Assembly (NCBI GenBank): GCA_963663225.1
Contig: OY760142.1
Coordinates: forward strand, 1,984,001 to 2,048,000
Direction: 5' to 3'
DNA length: 64,000 nucleotides
DNA from: Nitrospirota bacterium
GTDB taxonomy: Bacteria; Nitrospirota; UBA9217
The notes under the pieces were generated by a model, which did not search any database, was not told the origin of the DNA, and was given only the letters and a program-made list of their open reading frames with translations. Every line of letters starts with the position of its first letter. The stretch's first letter is position 1. A program made the position numbers and the translations under genes. This document shows, one piece after another, positions 1-10,754 of this stretch.

Positions 1-1
1 C

Positions 2-886
2 GAGAGGATTATTATCACCAATGGCACTTCAGGAGCGTTCCTCCTGCTTTTTTCCGTCCTTTTGGAGCGGGGGATGACCCTCGCCCTGTCTGATCCCGGT
101 TACCCCTGTTATAAAAATTTCGCCGCACTTTTCGATGCAGCAGTGCGCACCATTCCGGTATCCGCAAAAACACAATTTGAACTTACCCGCACTGACCTCG
201 AGTCAGGAGGCATCCCGGATTTACTGATCATTTCGAACCCGGTAAACCCGACCGGCACGGTATATCGCGGGGATACCATGATGTCCCTGGAGCGAACCCT
301 TGCGGAGAACCGCGGAATTTTTATCGTCGACGAAATTTATCGAGGGCTCTCTTATAGGGGGGAAATACGCACCGCTCTTGCGCTGTCCGACCGTATTATC
401 GTGGTGGACGGATTTTCGAAGGTATTTGCCATGACCGGCTGGAGACTCGGCTGGATGGTCGTGCCGGAAGAACTGGTGCGGCCCATTCAGACGGTGGCGC
501 AAAACGTATTTATTTCACCGCCCACCCTGTCGCAGCATGCCGCGGTAAAGGCATTTGAGTCCACCGCAGAAGTTGACTCCATGCGAAAATTCTATAAAGA
601 ACGAAGAGATTTTCTGCTCCCGGCGCTGAAAAAACTCGGTTTCCGGATTCCGGTGGACCCTGAAGGAGCGTTCTATATCTATGCAGGGATTGAGCACTGG
701 GGCATCGACAGCCGAGAATTTGCCGATCGCGCATTGCGGGAGGCAAAAGTTGCACTTACGCCGGGATACGATTTCGGCTCATTCGGGGCGGGGAACCATG
801 TGCGATTTTCCTATGCAACGGACGTGCAAAAGCTGAAAACAGGCTGCGATCGTCTTGCCGCGTGGCTTCCGACCCTGAAACACTGA
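2..886 (+). CDS. PLP-dependent aminotransferase class I/II (5' part lies outside the window)
   Basis: Frame is open from base 2 (ERIIITNGTSGA). Motifs NPVNPTG, DEIY, GFSKVFAMTGWRLG (PLP lysine), GAFY and VRFSYA. Confidence 0.92.
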   Translation, partial: ERIIITNGTSGAFLLLFSVLLERGMTLALSDPGYPCYKNFAALFDAAVRTIPVSAKTQFELTRTDLESGGIPDLLIISNPVNPTGTVYRGDTMMSLERTLAENRGIFIVDEIYRGLSYRGEIRTALALSDRIIVVDGFSKVFAMTGWRLGWMVVPEELVRPIQTVAQNVFISPPTLSQHAAVKAFESTAEVDSMRKFYKERRDFLLPALKKLGFRIPVDPEGAFYIYAGIEHWGIDSREFADRALREAKVALTPGYDFGSFGAGNHVRFSYATDVQKLKTGCDRLAAWLPTLKH

Positions 887-1032
887 GCAACGGATGATCA
901 GGCACTTCACTTCATAAGTATTCCTGGATAGCCTTCCCGAGATATCGCCATTCATATTTTTATGTTTATGAAGTCATGCCGTACGCGGCAGCGTTGCTGA
1001 AGAGGTTTTTTGAAATAATCTTGTGACCGCCG

Positions 1033-2961
1033 TTATTTTTTTAGCCGGTTCAGAAAACTCCTGAGATTTTCCCGGTCGTCCGTGATGCTGCACGTTGGGA
1101 TGGATTTTAAAAACCACTTGCCGTAGTTTTTTGTCATGATCCGGGAATCGAGCACTACGACCGCCCCCCAATCATTTTTGGTACGTATGAGCCTGCCGAA
1201 GCCCTGGCGGAACAGGAGGGTGGCCTGGGGCACTTGATATTCAAAAAAGGGGTTTTTCAGCCGCTCCATTCTCGCCTCGACAATCGGCTCGTCGGGCACG
1301 GCGAACGGCAGTTTTGCAATTACCACGCACTGGAGTGAATCGCCCGGGATGTCAATCCCCTGCCAGAATGACGCGGTGCCCATGAGTACGGCGTCGGAAG
1401 CCTGTTTGAACTGTTCAATCAGCCGGTACGCAGGCATTTCTCCCTGGCAGAGAAAACCCAGCCCCGGCAGTTTCTTTCGCAATGCGTCCGCGCTTTTTCG
1501 CAGTTGGCCATAGCTGGTAAAAAGCACCAGTGTTCTTCCCTTTGTTATGGACAGGACGGATGTCAGCTCTGCTTCAAACCTTTCCTGAAATCCTTCTTCC
1601 TGTTGATCCGCAAGCCCGGATGCAATATACAGCAATGCCTGATTCTCGAAATCGAAAGGGGAGTCAAGCCTGAGCTCCTGCGGAGCATCGAGGCCCAGAC
1701 GGTTCTTGATATACGTGAACGTGCCGCCGGCGGAGAGTGTCGCCGAGGTAAGCACTATGGTGTCTGTTTTCTCGAAGAGTTGTTCCCTCAATGATTCTGC
1801 GATATCAATGGGTGATGCAACGAGCCGGTACCGGCTGTTTTCCCGTTCTGCCCAATAAACGAGCCCTTCCGCGCTGTGCGCGAGATTTATCCGTACTGCC
1901 GTGGCCATCGTTTGTGCTCGTGCGGCAAATGCCTTGATTTCAAGCTCCTCTTCCTGAGTCTCCGCCGAGAGGTTCAGCAATGCATCACTCATTTCAAGCA
2001 GCGGGCCGCTCAAGATATCCGGCACGATGTTTGTCGTTTTTATTCTAAGATATGGCTCCTCACGCAAAAGCGGGTGCAGGTTGAAAAAGAAATTGTCCGC
2101 GACAATCCTGAGTCCGTCCACCATGCCCCTCAGATGCTGCAGTTCGCTGTCCTGCGCGGTGAGTCGGGTCAGCAGTCCTTTGCGCGTACGGTAGCTGAGA
2201 AGGGAATCAAGAAGATAGCGCACCGAATAATTGGTGACTTCCACACCAAGGTAGTCGGTTGCAACATCCTCTAACTGGTGCGCCTCATCGAAGATGACCG
2301 CTTTATAGTAAGGAAGAATATTGCCGCCTGTCGCCATATCGGCAAAAAAGAGATGATGATTGGCCACAAGAATTTGCGCCTGCTGTTCAGATGCCCTGGC
2401 TTTCTGGTAATAGCAATCCCTGAAAAAACCGCACTCTTTCCCAAAACAGAGGTCTGCCTGCCGGCATGCTTTTGCCCAGAGGCCGGCGGCAGGCTCGAAT
2501 TCAAGCTCGCTTCTCAGTCCGGTCCGCGTTCGGGTGGACCACGCAAAGAGGCGGTTCAACCCGTCCAGTTCGGACTGCTCATACAGATCGCCCATACGCA
2601 GATGGTCAAATCGGCGGAGGCAAAGGTAGTTTTCACCTCCCACGCAGAGACTGAAGCGAAAGTCTCCCAGCACTTTCCTGAGAAAGGGCAGGTCCTTATC
2701 TACAAGCTGCTGCTGGAGCGCCTTCGTATACGTGGCAACCACGGCCCGGCAGCCCTCGTGCCGCACCCAGTGGATCAGAGGGGCGAGATAGGCGAGGCTC
2801 TTGCCCACGCCGGTGCCTGCTTCAACGATCAAATGCGTTTTTCGATCAAGGGCGTGCTCCACGGCCTCCGCCATGGCGGCCTGCTGGGGCCGGTGTTCGT
2901 AGGCCTCTCGCATGGCCCTGCTGATCAAACCTGTCGTGCCGAATACCTTCAACGCGTTCAT
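1033..2961 (-). CDS. dinG: DinG/YoaA-family ATP-dependent Fe-S DNA helicase
   Basis: EAGTGVGKS Walker A, NYLC...C...C...C Fe-S cysteines, DEAH, TSATL, FWQGIDIPG, QGFGRLIR. Start set at the second ATG (2961), just after a -10 element; the ORF track starts at 2979. Confidence 0.9.
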   Translation of the reverse strand: MNALKVFGTTGLISRAMREAYEHRPQQAAMAEAVEHALDRKTHLIVEAGTGVGKSLAYLAPLIHWVRHEGCRAVVATYTKALQQQLVDKDLPFLRKVLGDFRFSLCVGGENYLCLRRFDHLRMGDLYEQSELDGLNRLFAWSTRTRTGLRSELEFEPAAGLWAKACRQADLCFGKECGFFRDCYYQKARASEQQAQILVANHHLFFADMATGGNILPYYKAVIFDEAHQLEDVATDYLGVEVTNYSVRYLLDSLLSYRTRKGLLTRLTAQDSELQHLRGMVDGLRIVADNFFFNLHPLLREEPYLRIKTTNIVPDILSGPLLEMSDALLNLSAETQEEELEIKAFAARAQTMATAVRINLAHSAEGLVYWAERENSRYRLVASPIDIAESLREQLFEKTDTIVLTSATLSAGGTFTYIKNRLGLDAPQELRLDSPFDFENQALLYIASGLADQQEEGFQERFEAELTSVLSITKGRTLVLFTSYGQLRKSADALRKKLPGLGFLCQGEMPAYRLIEQFKQASDAVLMGTASFWQGIDIPGDSLQCVVIAKLPFAVPDEPIVEARMERLKNPFFEYQVPQATLLFRQGFGRLIRTKNDWGAVVVLDSRIMTKNYGKWFLKSIPTCSITDDRENLRSFLNRLKK

Positions 2962-3084
2962 GGGCCTGTAGATTAACATGGCGGAAATGAGAATGCAAAT
3001 TCAACCGGTACTGCCTGATTTTTTTGTGATTTTCCCGCCTTTTTCTTGCACTAATCAGTCTCTTGTGTTAGTATAACCGGCGGT

Positions 3085-4110
3085 ATGCGGACAGTGATCA
3101 GGCTTTTTATTCTTTTCATGCTGGTAACGACTGCTGATGCGTTGTCAGCTGAAAAAGGATTGGTTGTAAAAAATGTGCGGTATTTTTCCTATTCCGCATT
3201 CACGCGGATTGTCCTCGAAGTGGAGTCCGCGTCACCCTATGTGCTGAATAAGACCGCAGACGGCAAAGGCCTCATGTTTGCCGCCTATAACATGCCTCTG
3301 GAGATACAGTCGCATCTGCCGGTCATCAAGGACGGCGTGGTGCGCGGATTGGAGTCGGTGCAGGACGCGGGCAGGAACACGATTATTGTGCGTCTTGATT
3401 CTGCGGCGGGAGAGATCAAGGACTTTGTTCTGCATTCTCCCGACAGGATTGTGCTGGATATCGCACGGGGAGCCGCACCCGCTTCCCCTGTTTCATCATC
3501 AGTTCAGGGGAAAAAAATGATTACCGTTGTGCTCGATCCGGGGCATGGCGGCAGAGAAACAGGCATACTTACGGCACAGAGTATGGAAAAAAACTTCACG
3601 CTGAATGTGGCGTTGGCAGTCAAAAAAAATCTCAGCAGAAACCCGCGGTTTAGGGTGCTGCTGACCAGGGAAAAAGACCAGTTGCTCTCGCTGGAAGAAC
3701 GGGTGGTTGCCTCAAACGCCTCAGAGGCCCAGTTCTTCATCAGTATTCACGGCACAACAAGCGCGGCTGCGCAGGTCTACCTGCAGGATTTTTTTGATGA
3801 TACGCCGGTGCAAGCAATCAAACCCGGGGGTGGCGATTTTCTCGGGTTTGAAATCGGAAGCGAACAGCAGCAAATGCTGTGGGGCAGGCAGCAGGCGGCT
3901 CACGTACGCGAAAGCGGAATGCTGGGCCGGAGCATTGCAACACAACTTGTAGGCAAGGACACCGCAGAGCCCGTTCAGGCACCGCTTGCAGTACTCAAGG
4001 CCGCGGATGCGGCGGCGGTTCTGGTCGAATGCAGTATGATGCAGGATGGACAAAAAGCCGCCGAAGCCATTGCGGAGGGGATTGAGCGCTATGTCAGACA
4101 GGGCAAATAG
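3085..4110 (+). CDS. N-acetylmuramoyl-L-alanine amidase with signal peptide and AMIN domain
   Basis: Signal peptide, AMIN-like PDRIVLDI, Amidase_3 motifs VVLDPGHGG, EKN, LLTR, SIH and VLVEC. Confidence 0.88.
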   Translation: MRTVIRLFILFMLVTTADALSAEKGLVVKNVRYFSYSAFTRIVLEVESASPYVLNKTADGKGLMFAAYNMPLEIQSHLPVIKDGVVRGLESVQDAGRNTIIVRLDSAAGEIKDFVLHSPDRIVLDIARGAAPASPVSSSVQGKKMITVVLDPGHGGRETGILTAQSMEKNFTLNVALAVKKNLSRNPRFRVLLTREKDQLLSLEERVVASNASEAQFFISIHGTTSAAAQVYLQDFFDDTPVQAIKPGGGDFLGFEIGSEQQQMLWGRQQAAHVRESGMLGRSIATQLVGKDTAEPVQAPLAVLKAADAAAVLVECSMMQDGQKAAEAIAEGIERYVRQGK

Positions 4111-4696
4111 AAGCGCCAGCAACCGCCAGTTGTTTATCGGAGGAATTTTGGTCATCGCTGCGGCCATAAGCGTGGGCGCATATCTCGGATGGCGCATGAA
4201 TGCTTCGTCAGCAGTAGGGCCGGCCCCGCGCCCGGTTCTACAGGATCAGTCATTTTCCGCACAGATGCTCCGGCGCGATGTCCCCTTTACCGTGACGCTC
4301 TATTATCCCGTCAATGGTTTGCTCTCAACGGGCTCGGCTGCGGTAAAACGGCAACCGGATACGCAGACGCAGGCGCGCGATGCCCTTGCGGCGCTGCTGG
4401 CTGATCAACGAGCGTCACTGGTCTCCGTACTGAAAGACGTACGGCTCCAGGAACTTTATCTCGATGCGTCCGGCACGGCATACGTTGATCTCGTGCCTAA
4501 TTCGCAGAAAGAAATTACGGCGTCAGTAGGGGAGGAGATTCTTGCGCTGTACGCCATAGTGGACACGCTGACCCTGAATTTTGAAGAAATCAAACAAGTT
4601 CTGTTTCTTCTGGACGGAAAAGAAGTGCGAACGATTGCCGGACACGTGGATCTATCGGTAAAGTTCGCAAAACGAACTGATTTGATAAGACAATGA
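4091..4696 (+). CDS. GerMN-domain membrane-anchored protein
   Basis: N-terminal TM helix, VTLYYP, TAYVDL, E..ALYAIVDTLTLNFEEIKQVLFLLDG and GHVDL. The amidase-GerMN-murI gene order is typical. Confidence 0.85.
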   Translation: MSDRANRSASNRQLFIGGILVIAAAISVGAYLGWRMNASSAVGPAPRPVLQDQSFSAQMLRRDVPFTVTLYYPVNGLLSTGSAAVKRQPDTQTQARDALAALLADQRASLVSVLKDVRLQELYLDASGTAYVDLVPNSQKEITASVGEEILALYAIVDTLTLNFEEIKQVLFLLDGKEVRTIAGHVDLSVKFAKRTDLIRQ

Positions 4697-4845
4697 GGTG
4701 AAGGAGGGCTTTCTGCCGCAAAAGCAGAGAACTCGAGTAGAGACAGTAGCTCTTCCGAAAAAGAGTAATAGCTTCGTGGTTGTCGGTTGAAATCGCGGCT
4801 GCTGTTTTCACAGCACCGGTTACGGTAGAAAGTGTTCGGTTTATC

Positions 4846-5670
4846 ATGCAAAAAGCAATCGGAATATTTGACTCGGGTGTTGGCGGACTGACCGTACTCA
4901 AAGAGGTTGTAGCGAAGCTTCCGGATCAGAATATTATTTATCTGGGGGATACGGCACGCGTGCCGTACGGCATACGGTCGGCCGAGACGGTGACTCGCTA
5001 CAGCTTCCAGAATACCCGGTTTCTGCTGTCGCTGGATATCAAGATGCTTGTGGTTGCCTGCAATACGGCATCAGCCGTCAGCCTTGACGCGGTGCAGAAA
5101 GAGTTTCCGCTCCCCGTTGTCGGTGTTCTGGAGCCGGGGGCGCGAGCCGCGGTGGCTGCGACCGCTTCCCGGAGAGTTGGCGTGATCGGAACCGAGGCCA
5201 CCATCAGCAGCGGCGCCTATGAAAAAGCGATAAAGCGCCTTGCACCTGATATTGAGGTGCACAGCCTTGCATGCCCGCTGTTCGTCCAGCTGGCGGAAGA
5301 AGGTTGGACGGACAATGATGTTGCTGAGCTCGTGGCCCAAAAGTATCTTTCCCCGCTGCGCGGCACGGGCATTGATACTCTTGTGCTGGGCTGCACGCAT
5401 TATCCATTGCTCAAATCAGTGATCGGCAAGGCGGTGGGACCGGAGATCAAACTGATCGATTCCGCCTCGGAAACGGCCAAAGAAGTTGTATCGGTTTTCG
5501 AACGGCTGGGATGGAAATCGCAGGCTGAAGGGGTGCGAAAATTTTATGTAACGGATACTCCTGTGCGGTTTGAAAAGATAGGGAAGCGGTTCCTTGATGT
5601 TGCACTTTTGCAAGCGGAGCAGGTAAAACTGAGTGAATTTGAGATGCAATCAAAGATCAAATGTTGTTAA
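4846..5670 (+). CDS. murI: Glutamate racemase
   Basis: IGIFDSGVGGLTV, GDTARVPYG, VACNTAS and LGCTHYP. Confidence 0.97.
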   Translation: MQKAIGIFDSGVGGLTVLKEVVAKLPDQNIIYLGDTARVPYGIRSAETVTRYSFQNTRFLLSLDIKMLVVACNTASAVSLDAVQKEFPLPVVGVLEPGARAAVAATASRRVGVIGTEATISSGAYEKAIKRLAPDIEVHSLACPLFVQLAEEGWTDNDVAELVAQKYLSPLRGTGIDTLVLGCTHYPLLKSVIGKAVGPEIKLIDSASETAKEVVSVFERLGWKSQAEGVRKFYVTDTPVRFEKIGKRFLDVALLQAEQVKLSEFEMQSKIKCC

Positions 5671-5766
5671 GTGTATTTTGCTATAAAATTTGTTAATGAA
5701 TGTGCGGCCCCCGGATGTATTGTCGCGTCCGGCTTTCATGCCGTGGCTTGTACGAGGTGGAGCAGT

Positions 5767-6594
5767 ATGGAAACTGAATGTGCACATGTCAAAAAGGTCC
5801 TTCCCAAATATCTGCGGGGCCATTTGTTTAAATTCGAGCGGATCAAGATTGAGCGCCATCTGCAGTCTTGCATCGTCTGTCATTCTCAATATGAAGCACT
5901 GAAAAGAGCTGAAGAAACCAGAAGATTTTTAAAGGATGTTACGCCTCCTGAAGGAATCCTGCAGATTATAAAAGAAGGGGTGGCCGGCCTGTCGAGATTG
6001 AAATTGATTCTGTATCGGCCGCTTTGGATTTTTGGCATAATCGTAATTGGACTGACGGTGTATTATTTTTTCAGCAAACCGCGACAACTGGATGTGGAGC
6101 TTGAAAATATTGCCAAGACGGCCCCGACCTCTTCCGCCCCGGCATCCTCTTCCACCGTACCGCCTGCAACCGCTCCTGCAACAGTGTCTCCACCTGCTCA
6201 TCCGGCACCGCCGGCGACCGAGCCGTTGCTTATTACGTTGGCAGTGACTGATGACAAAGCGGCGATACGGCACATCAATGATATTATGCGGTCGCATGAC
6301 CAGCTTAGGAAGTTCAAGTTTACCGATACGGTCCGGGAAATTTCCGGCAGCCTTGCTGACAAGGAATTGCTCGCTTTTTTCAAACATATTCAGTCGATTG
6401 GGAAAGTCAGCTATAACCGTAAGCAGTTCGAAACATTCTCCAGAGCACAGGCGGTTCCTTTTATCATGAAACTGACGGTGGTGCCGAAAACTCCGGAAGA
6501 AGCAAGGCCCTCTGAACGGCAGCATTCAAAACCTGCAGAGACAGGCAGCGCTGCTCCATCTGCCGGGACCGGCACTCAACCTGCAGAGCGTTAG
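5767..6594 (+). CDS. zf-HC2 (anti-sigma-type zinc finger) membrane protein
   Basis: C...L..YL.G.L...ERHLQSCIVC (HxxxCxxC), one TM helix, a Pro/Ala linker and an extracytoplasmic domain. GGAG SD precedes ATG 5767. Confidence 0.75.
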   Translation: METECAHVKKVLPKYLRGHLFKFERIKIERHLQSCIVCHSQYEALKRAEETRRFLKDVTPPEGILQIIKEGVAGLSRLKLILYRPLWIFGIIVIGLTVYYFFSKPRQLDVELENIAKTAPTSSAPASSSTVPPATAPATVSPPAHPAPPATEPLLITLAVTDDKAAIRHINDIMRSHDQLRKFKFTDTVREISGSLADKELLAFFKHIQSIGKVSYNRKQFETFSRAQAVPFIMKLTVVPKTPEEARPSERQHSKPAETGSAAPSAGTGTQPAER

Positions 6595-6622
6595 CATACG
6601 GCAGCCTGCCGCACGTCGTGGA

Positions 6623-8002
6623 ATGAAAAGGATCCTGGTCGAAATGGCCTCTGAATCGTCGTACCAGAAAACAGTCAAGTATCTGTATGATCTTCAAAAG
6701 CACGGAATAAAGCTTTCATTATCAAACAGCCAGAAGCTCATGGATGTCCTGGGAGATCCTCACCGGAAATTTATTTCCGTGCATGTCGCCGGAACGAACG
6801 GCAAAGGGTCAACGGCTGCATTTCTGGCAAGCATTCTGGGTGCGGCTGGTTACCGCGTGGGGCTTTATACTTCGCCGCATCTGATTGATTTTACCGAACG
6901 GATAAGGGTCAACAATGTTCCGATATCCGAGGACGCAGTGATAAGGCTGACGCAGCACGTAAGGAGCCTCGGCAATCTTGGAGAGTCGGGAGAAAACACA
7001 TACGGGCTGAACCCCACGTTTTTTGAAGTGACGACTGCCCTTGCTTTCGCATATTTTGCTGAGCAAAAAATTGATATCGGCGTGATTGAAGTGGGGATGG
7101 GGGGACGGCTTGACGCCACGAATGTCATTACCCCGCTGGTGTCGGTGATTACGAACATCGATCTGGAACACCAGGAATTTCTCGGAACGACGCTGGGACT
7201 GATCGCGCAGGAAAAAGCGGGCATAATAAAGACCGGTATCCCCGTGGTCACGGGCGCGGTTCAGACTGAAGCAATTGATGTCATAGAAAGTACGGCGGCA
7301 GCGAAGCAGGCTCCGGTCCATCGGTTATGGGTTGATTTCAAACCCAAAAATACCGAACCGGGTCCTCCACAGGTTTTTGACTACCAGGGGGAGGGCACTT
7401 TTTACCGAGGTCTGCGTATCGGCATGCTTGGCGCATATCAAGTGGAAAACGCGTGCCTCGCTGTCCGGACGATCGAGCGCCTTCAAAATGCAGGCATGCT
7501 GATCGATGAGGCTGCCGTGCGTCGCGGACTCGAACAGGCGCGCTGGGAAGGAAGAATGGAGCGGGTAGGAACACACCCGGCAGTCTACCTGGACGGTGCA
7601 CACAATCCGGCATCGGCAAAAAAACTCGCGGAAACGGTCCGACAGATAAAAGGATCCTTTCAACGGATTATTCTGGTTATCGGCGTTCTTGGCGATAAAG
7701 ACTACCGGAGCATGGTCACGGAAATTGTTCCTTTGGCGGACCACGTGGTGGCGACCAGGCCTCAGTACGCACGGGCGTTGGATCCGGAGCAGCTTGAACA
7801 AGAAATAAAAAAACTGCATAATTCTGTCGAGAGAACGGACAGCATTCAGTGTGCGATTAAGAAGGCAATGCATAGTGCTTCGCCCGGCGATCTCGTGCTT
7901 ATTACCGGTTCGCTCTATGTGGTGGGAGAAGCGCGGGCTCTTTTTCCTGCCGGTGTTTCCGGCGCAAACCGATCGGGTGCGCTGGCGGGATTGAAGGGCT
8001 GA
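6623..8002 (+). CDS. folC: Bifunctional folylpolyglutamate/dihydrofolate synthase
   Basis: HVAGTNGKGS, YTSPHL, EVGMGGRLDATN, LDGAHNP and TGSLYVVG. Confidence 0.96.
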   Translation: MKRILVEMASESSYQKTVKYLYDLQKHGIKLSLSNSQKLMDVLGDPHRKFISVHVAGTNGKGSTAAFLASILGAAGYRVGLYTSPHLIDFTERIRVNNVPISEDAVIRLTQHVRSLGNLGESGENTYGLNPTFFEVTTALAFAYFAEQKIDIGVIEVGMGGRLDATNVITPLVSVITNIDLEHQEFLGTTLGLIAQEKAGIIKTGIPVVTGAVQTEAIDVIESTAAAKQAPVHRLWVDFKPKNTEPGPPQVFDYQGEGTFYRGLRIGMLGAYQVENACLAVRTIERLQNAGMLIDEAAVRRGLEQARWEGRMERVGTHPAVYLDGAHNPASAKKLAETVRQIKGSFQRIILVIGVLGDKDYRSMVTEIVPLADHVVATRPQYARALDPEQLEQEIKKLHNSVERTDSIQCAIKKAMHSASPGDLVLITGSLYVVGEARALFPAGVSGANRSGALAGLKG

Positions 8003-8014
8003 AAAAACGGATCC

Positions 8015-10123
8015 ATGATGAATAGAAAAAACATCGAGATGCTGATCACTAATATGAAAAACATACCCTTCGGCATTCTTTTTTTGCTTGTGCTCGCCGG
8101 ACTGTTTTGTCTCCCCCGGCTTGCTGTAAGTCAGGAATTTTCAAAGGCAGGTCCTGTCGCGATAACCGCCGACAAGCTTGATTATGATCGTATCGCGGAT
8201 GTCTACACCGCTGCAGGGCATGTTAAAATCGAGTACGAGGGCATGCGGCTTGAAGCAGACAAAGTAGTATTGAACAATAAAACAGGCGAAGCCATGGCCG
8301 AAGGCAAGGTGTTCCTGCAGGATAAAGGAGACTCCACCCGGGCCGACAGCCTGCAAGTGAATATTAATACGCGGTCCGGCGTCATGTACAAAGGTGAGAT
8401 TTTCAAACAGAAAGAGAATCTTCACGTAAAGGGAGACGTGATAGAGCGGCGGTCGGAAACCGTTTATCATGTAGAAAAAGGCGCAATCACGACCTGCGAT
8501 GAAAACGAATGGTATCTGAAGGCGAGCGAGCTTGATGTCGACATGGACCGGTACGCCACCGCAAAGGGCGTATCTTTTAACATGTTGGGGCTGCCGATGT
8601 TTTATACCCCCTACTTTCTCTTCCCGGTAAAAAGGCAGACCGGATTTCTGGTCCCCATGGTCGGCAACAGCAGTCTTGACGGTTTCAGTATTCAAAATGC
8701 GTTTTTCTGGGCGATATCAGACTACAAGGATATGACGGTCTATTCTGATTACCGGGCTAACACAGGGCACGGTACGGGCCTAGAATTCCGATATATGAAT
8801 TCCATAGAATCATCCGGCCAGATTTACGGAAAATTTTGGAACATGTTTCGTACAAGCGAAATCCGCGATGCACGGTTTGGACATGAGACAAATGAATCAC
8901 GATGGGAACTTCTGCTGAAACACCGCGAAGAATTTACGGAGGACTTTTCAGGAAGCCTCGATGTTAACCTTGTGAGTGATCAGCATTATTACTACGATCT
9001 TGATAAACAGCTGGAAAAAAAGTCCAGGCCCTACCTTGACTCGAATGTTTTTTTCACGGAGCGATGGAACACCTCGATACTGTACCTCTTAGGCCAGTAC
9101 TCTACGGACCTTACACAGTCCAATCGCAACACGATTCAGAAACTGCCGGAGATCCGGTATACAATGTTTGCGGAGCCGCTGTTCGGGCCTCTCTATTTCA
9201 ACTTCGATGGGTCGGCGGTCAATTTTGTGAGGCAGGAGGGGGACGGCTTGCGGCGGCTGGATTTAAATCCGAATTTTGCCGCGGTATTTGGAAGCAACGG
9301 CCTGAGCCTCATGCCCCGGGTGGGAGCGCGGGCAACACTGTATGATCGAAAGGATCCGAATGCTTCAACCGACACGGCAACAAACCGCTCCTATCTATAT
9401 GCCGGTGTAGATGCGAACGCCCGTATTTCGCGCATCTACGGCAGCGATCGGGAAGAAGGAATCGGAAAACTGAAGCACTCGATAGAACCGACCGTGTCGT
9501 ACACATACATTCCCCATACCAAGACGTCAGATATCCCGCGTTTTGATGCTGTTGATTCAGTGGTGTCTGCGAATACGGTAACAGTTTCATTGATCAACCG
9601 CGTTACGGCACACTACAAGGAAACTAAAGAAAATTCGAATATCACTAATTTTGACCTGCTTGTCTTTAAACTGTCGCAGGGCTACAACCTGACTGCCATG
9701 GACACAACAAGCCATCCCTCGGTTTTTCAGGGCGACTTGTATATCAATGCCCCCAAGTTTTTTTCCTTCTCAGGAACTGGAAGTTATTATCCCGATCTCG
9801 GCCATGCATCGCATACTGAAACTGCCAGCTTTACGACGGATTCTGTTAAACTCAATCTTTCGTACCAACACTCACGGTCGCTGCCACTGGCAACTTCCGG
9901 AGAATATCTTATTCTCGGAGGCGAATTAAAATTCGGTAAATGGAATTTTGCGGCAAACTACTCTCAGGATTTGGTGAATAATATTACAAACCAGATAGAA
10001 TACCGGGTGCGTTACAGTGCTCAATGCTGGGGAATTACTGCCGCATTTGTTCATTCTCCGGGCGAGTCTCGTTTTACGGCGATGCTGGACCTCAAAGGTC
10101 TTGGCGGCGGTTTTGCCAGATAA
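8015..10123 (+). CDS. lptD: LPS-assembly outer-membrane protein
   Basis: OstA-like N-domain (ITADKL, ITTCD), PYFLFPVKRQTGFL, QKLPE, HSIEP and a C-terminal QCWG barrel end. Confidence 0.9.
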   Translation: MMNRKNIEMLITNMKNIPFGILFLLVLAGLFCLPRLAVSQEFSKAGPVAITADKLDYDRIADVYTAAGHVKIEYEGMRLEADKVVLNNKTGEAMAEGKVFLQDKGDSTRADSLQVNINTRSGVMYKGEIFKQKENLHVKGDVIERRSETVYHVEKGAITTCDENEWYLKASELDVDMDRYATAKGVSFNMLGLPMFYTPYFLFPVKRQTGFLVPMVGNSSLDGFSIQNAFFWAISDYKDMTVYSDYRANTGHGTGLEFRYMNSIESSGQIYGKFWNMFRTSEIRDARFGHETNESRWELLLKHREEFTEDFSGSLDVNLVSDQHYYYDLDKQLEKKSRPYLDSNVFFTERWNTSILYLLGQYSTDLTQSNRNTIQKLPEIRYTMFAEPLFGPLYFNFDGSAVNFVRQEGDGLRRLDLNPNFAAVFGSNGLSLMPRVGARATLYDRKDPNASTDTATNRSYLYAGVDANARISRIYGSDREEGIGKLKHSIEPTVSYTYIPHTKTSDIPRFDAVDSVVSANTVTVSLINRVTAHYKETKENSNITNFDLLVFKLSQGYNLTAMDTTSHPSVFQGDLYINAPKFFSFSGTGSYYPDLGHASHTETASFTTDSVKLNLSYQHSRSLPLATSGEYLILGGELKFGKWNFAANYSQDLVNNITNQIEYRVRYSAQCWGITAAFVHSPGESRFTAMLDLKGLGGGFAR

Positions 10124-10147
10124 GAGGTAGCGAAGGAGGGGAAGTCT

Positions 10148-10468
10148 GTGTCTCATGAAGTTGTCGTACTGATTACTGCTGCGAATCAAGAAGAAGCCGC
10201 ACAAATCGGGACAACCCTCGTCCATGAACGTCTTGCCGCGTGCGTTAATATTGTACCCGCGGTGCGCTCCCTGTTTATCTGGAAAGGAACAATGCAGGAT
10301 GAACAGGAGACCCTTCTCCTCGTGAAAAGCAGACGACCTCTTATGGAGCAGCTTGCCGCGCGGGTGAAGTCCCTCCACTCTTATACAGTGCCTGAAGTGA
10401 TTGCCCTTCCCATTGTCAGTGGGTCCGAGGAATATCTAACATGGCTGAACGAATCAACGAAACCGTGA
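10148..10468 (+). CDS. cutA: Divalent-cation tolerance protein
   Basis: ERLAACVNI, S.F.WKG, HSYTVPEVIALPI and YLTWL. Confidence 0.95.
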   Translation: MSHEVVVLITAANQEEAAQIGTTLVHERLAACVNIVPAVRSLFIWKGTMQDEQETLLLVKSRRPLMEQLAARVKSLHSYTVPEVIALPIVSGSEEYLTWLNESTKP

Positions 10469-10754
10469 AAGCGGAGTTGAGGCTTCCAGTCACCCCTATC
10501 AGGAACCGCTAAAGTTCTCTTCGCGTGTACCGAAAAGAATATTATAACAGCCAGATAGATGACAGTTTTTTGCAAAAAAAATTGTTTGTTTATTATATTT
10601 TTTTTGGTTATTCTATATATTGATACTTTAAAACAAAACATACAATGTGTTGTGGGATATCAGTGCGGATAGTAGGTAGAAAGTAAGAAAATATTGACAT
10701 TTACCAGCTGTTTATGATAGCTTTAATTGGTTATTTGCGTTTTTTGGAGGATTG

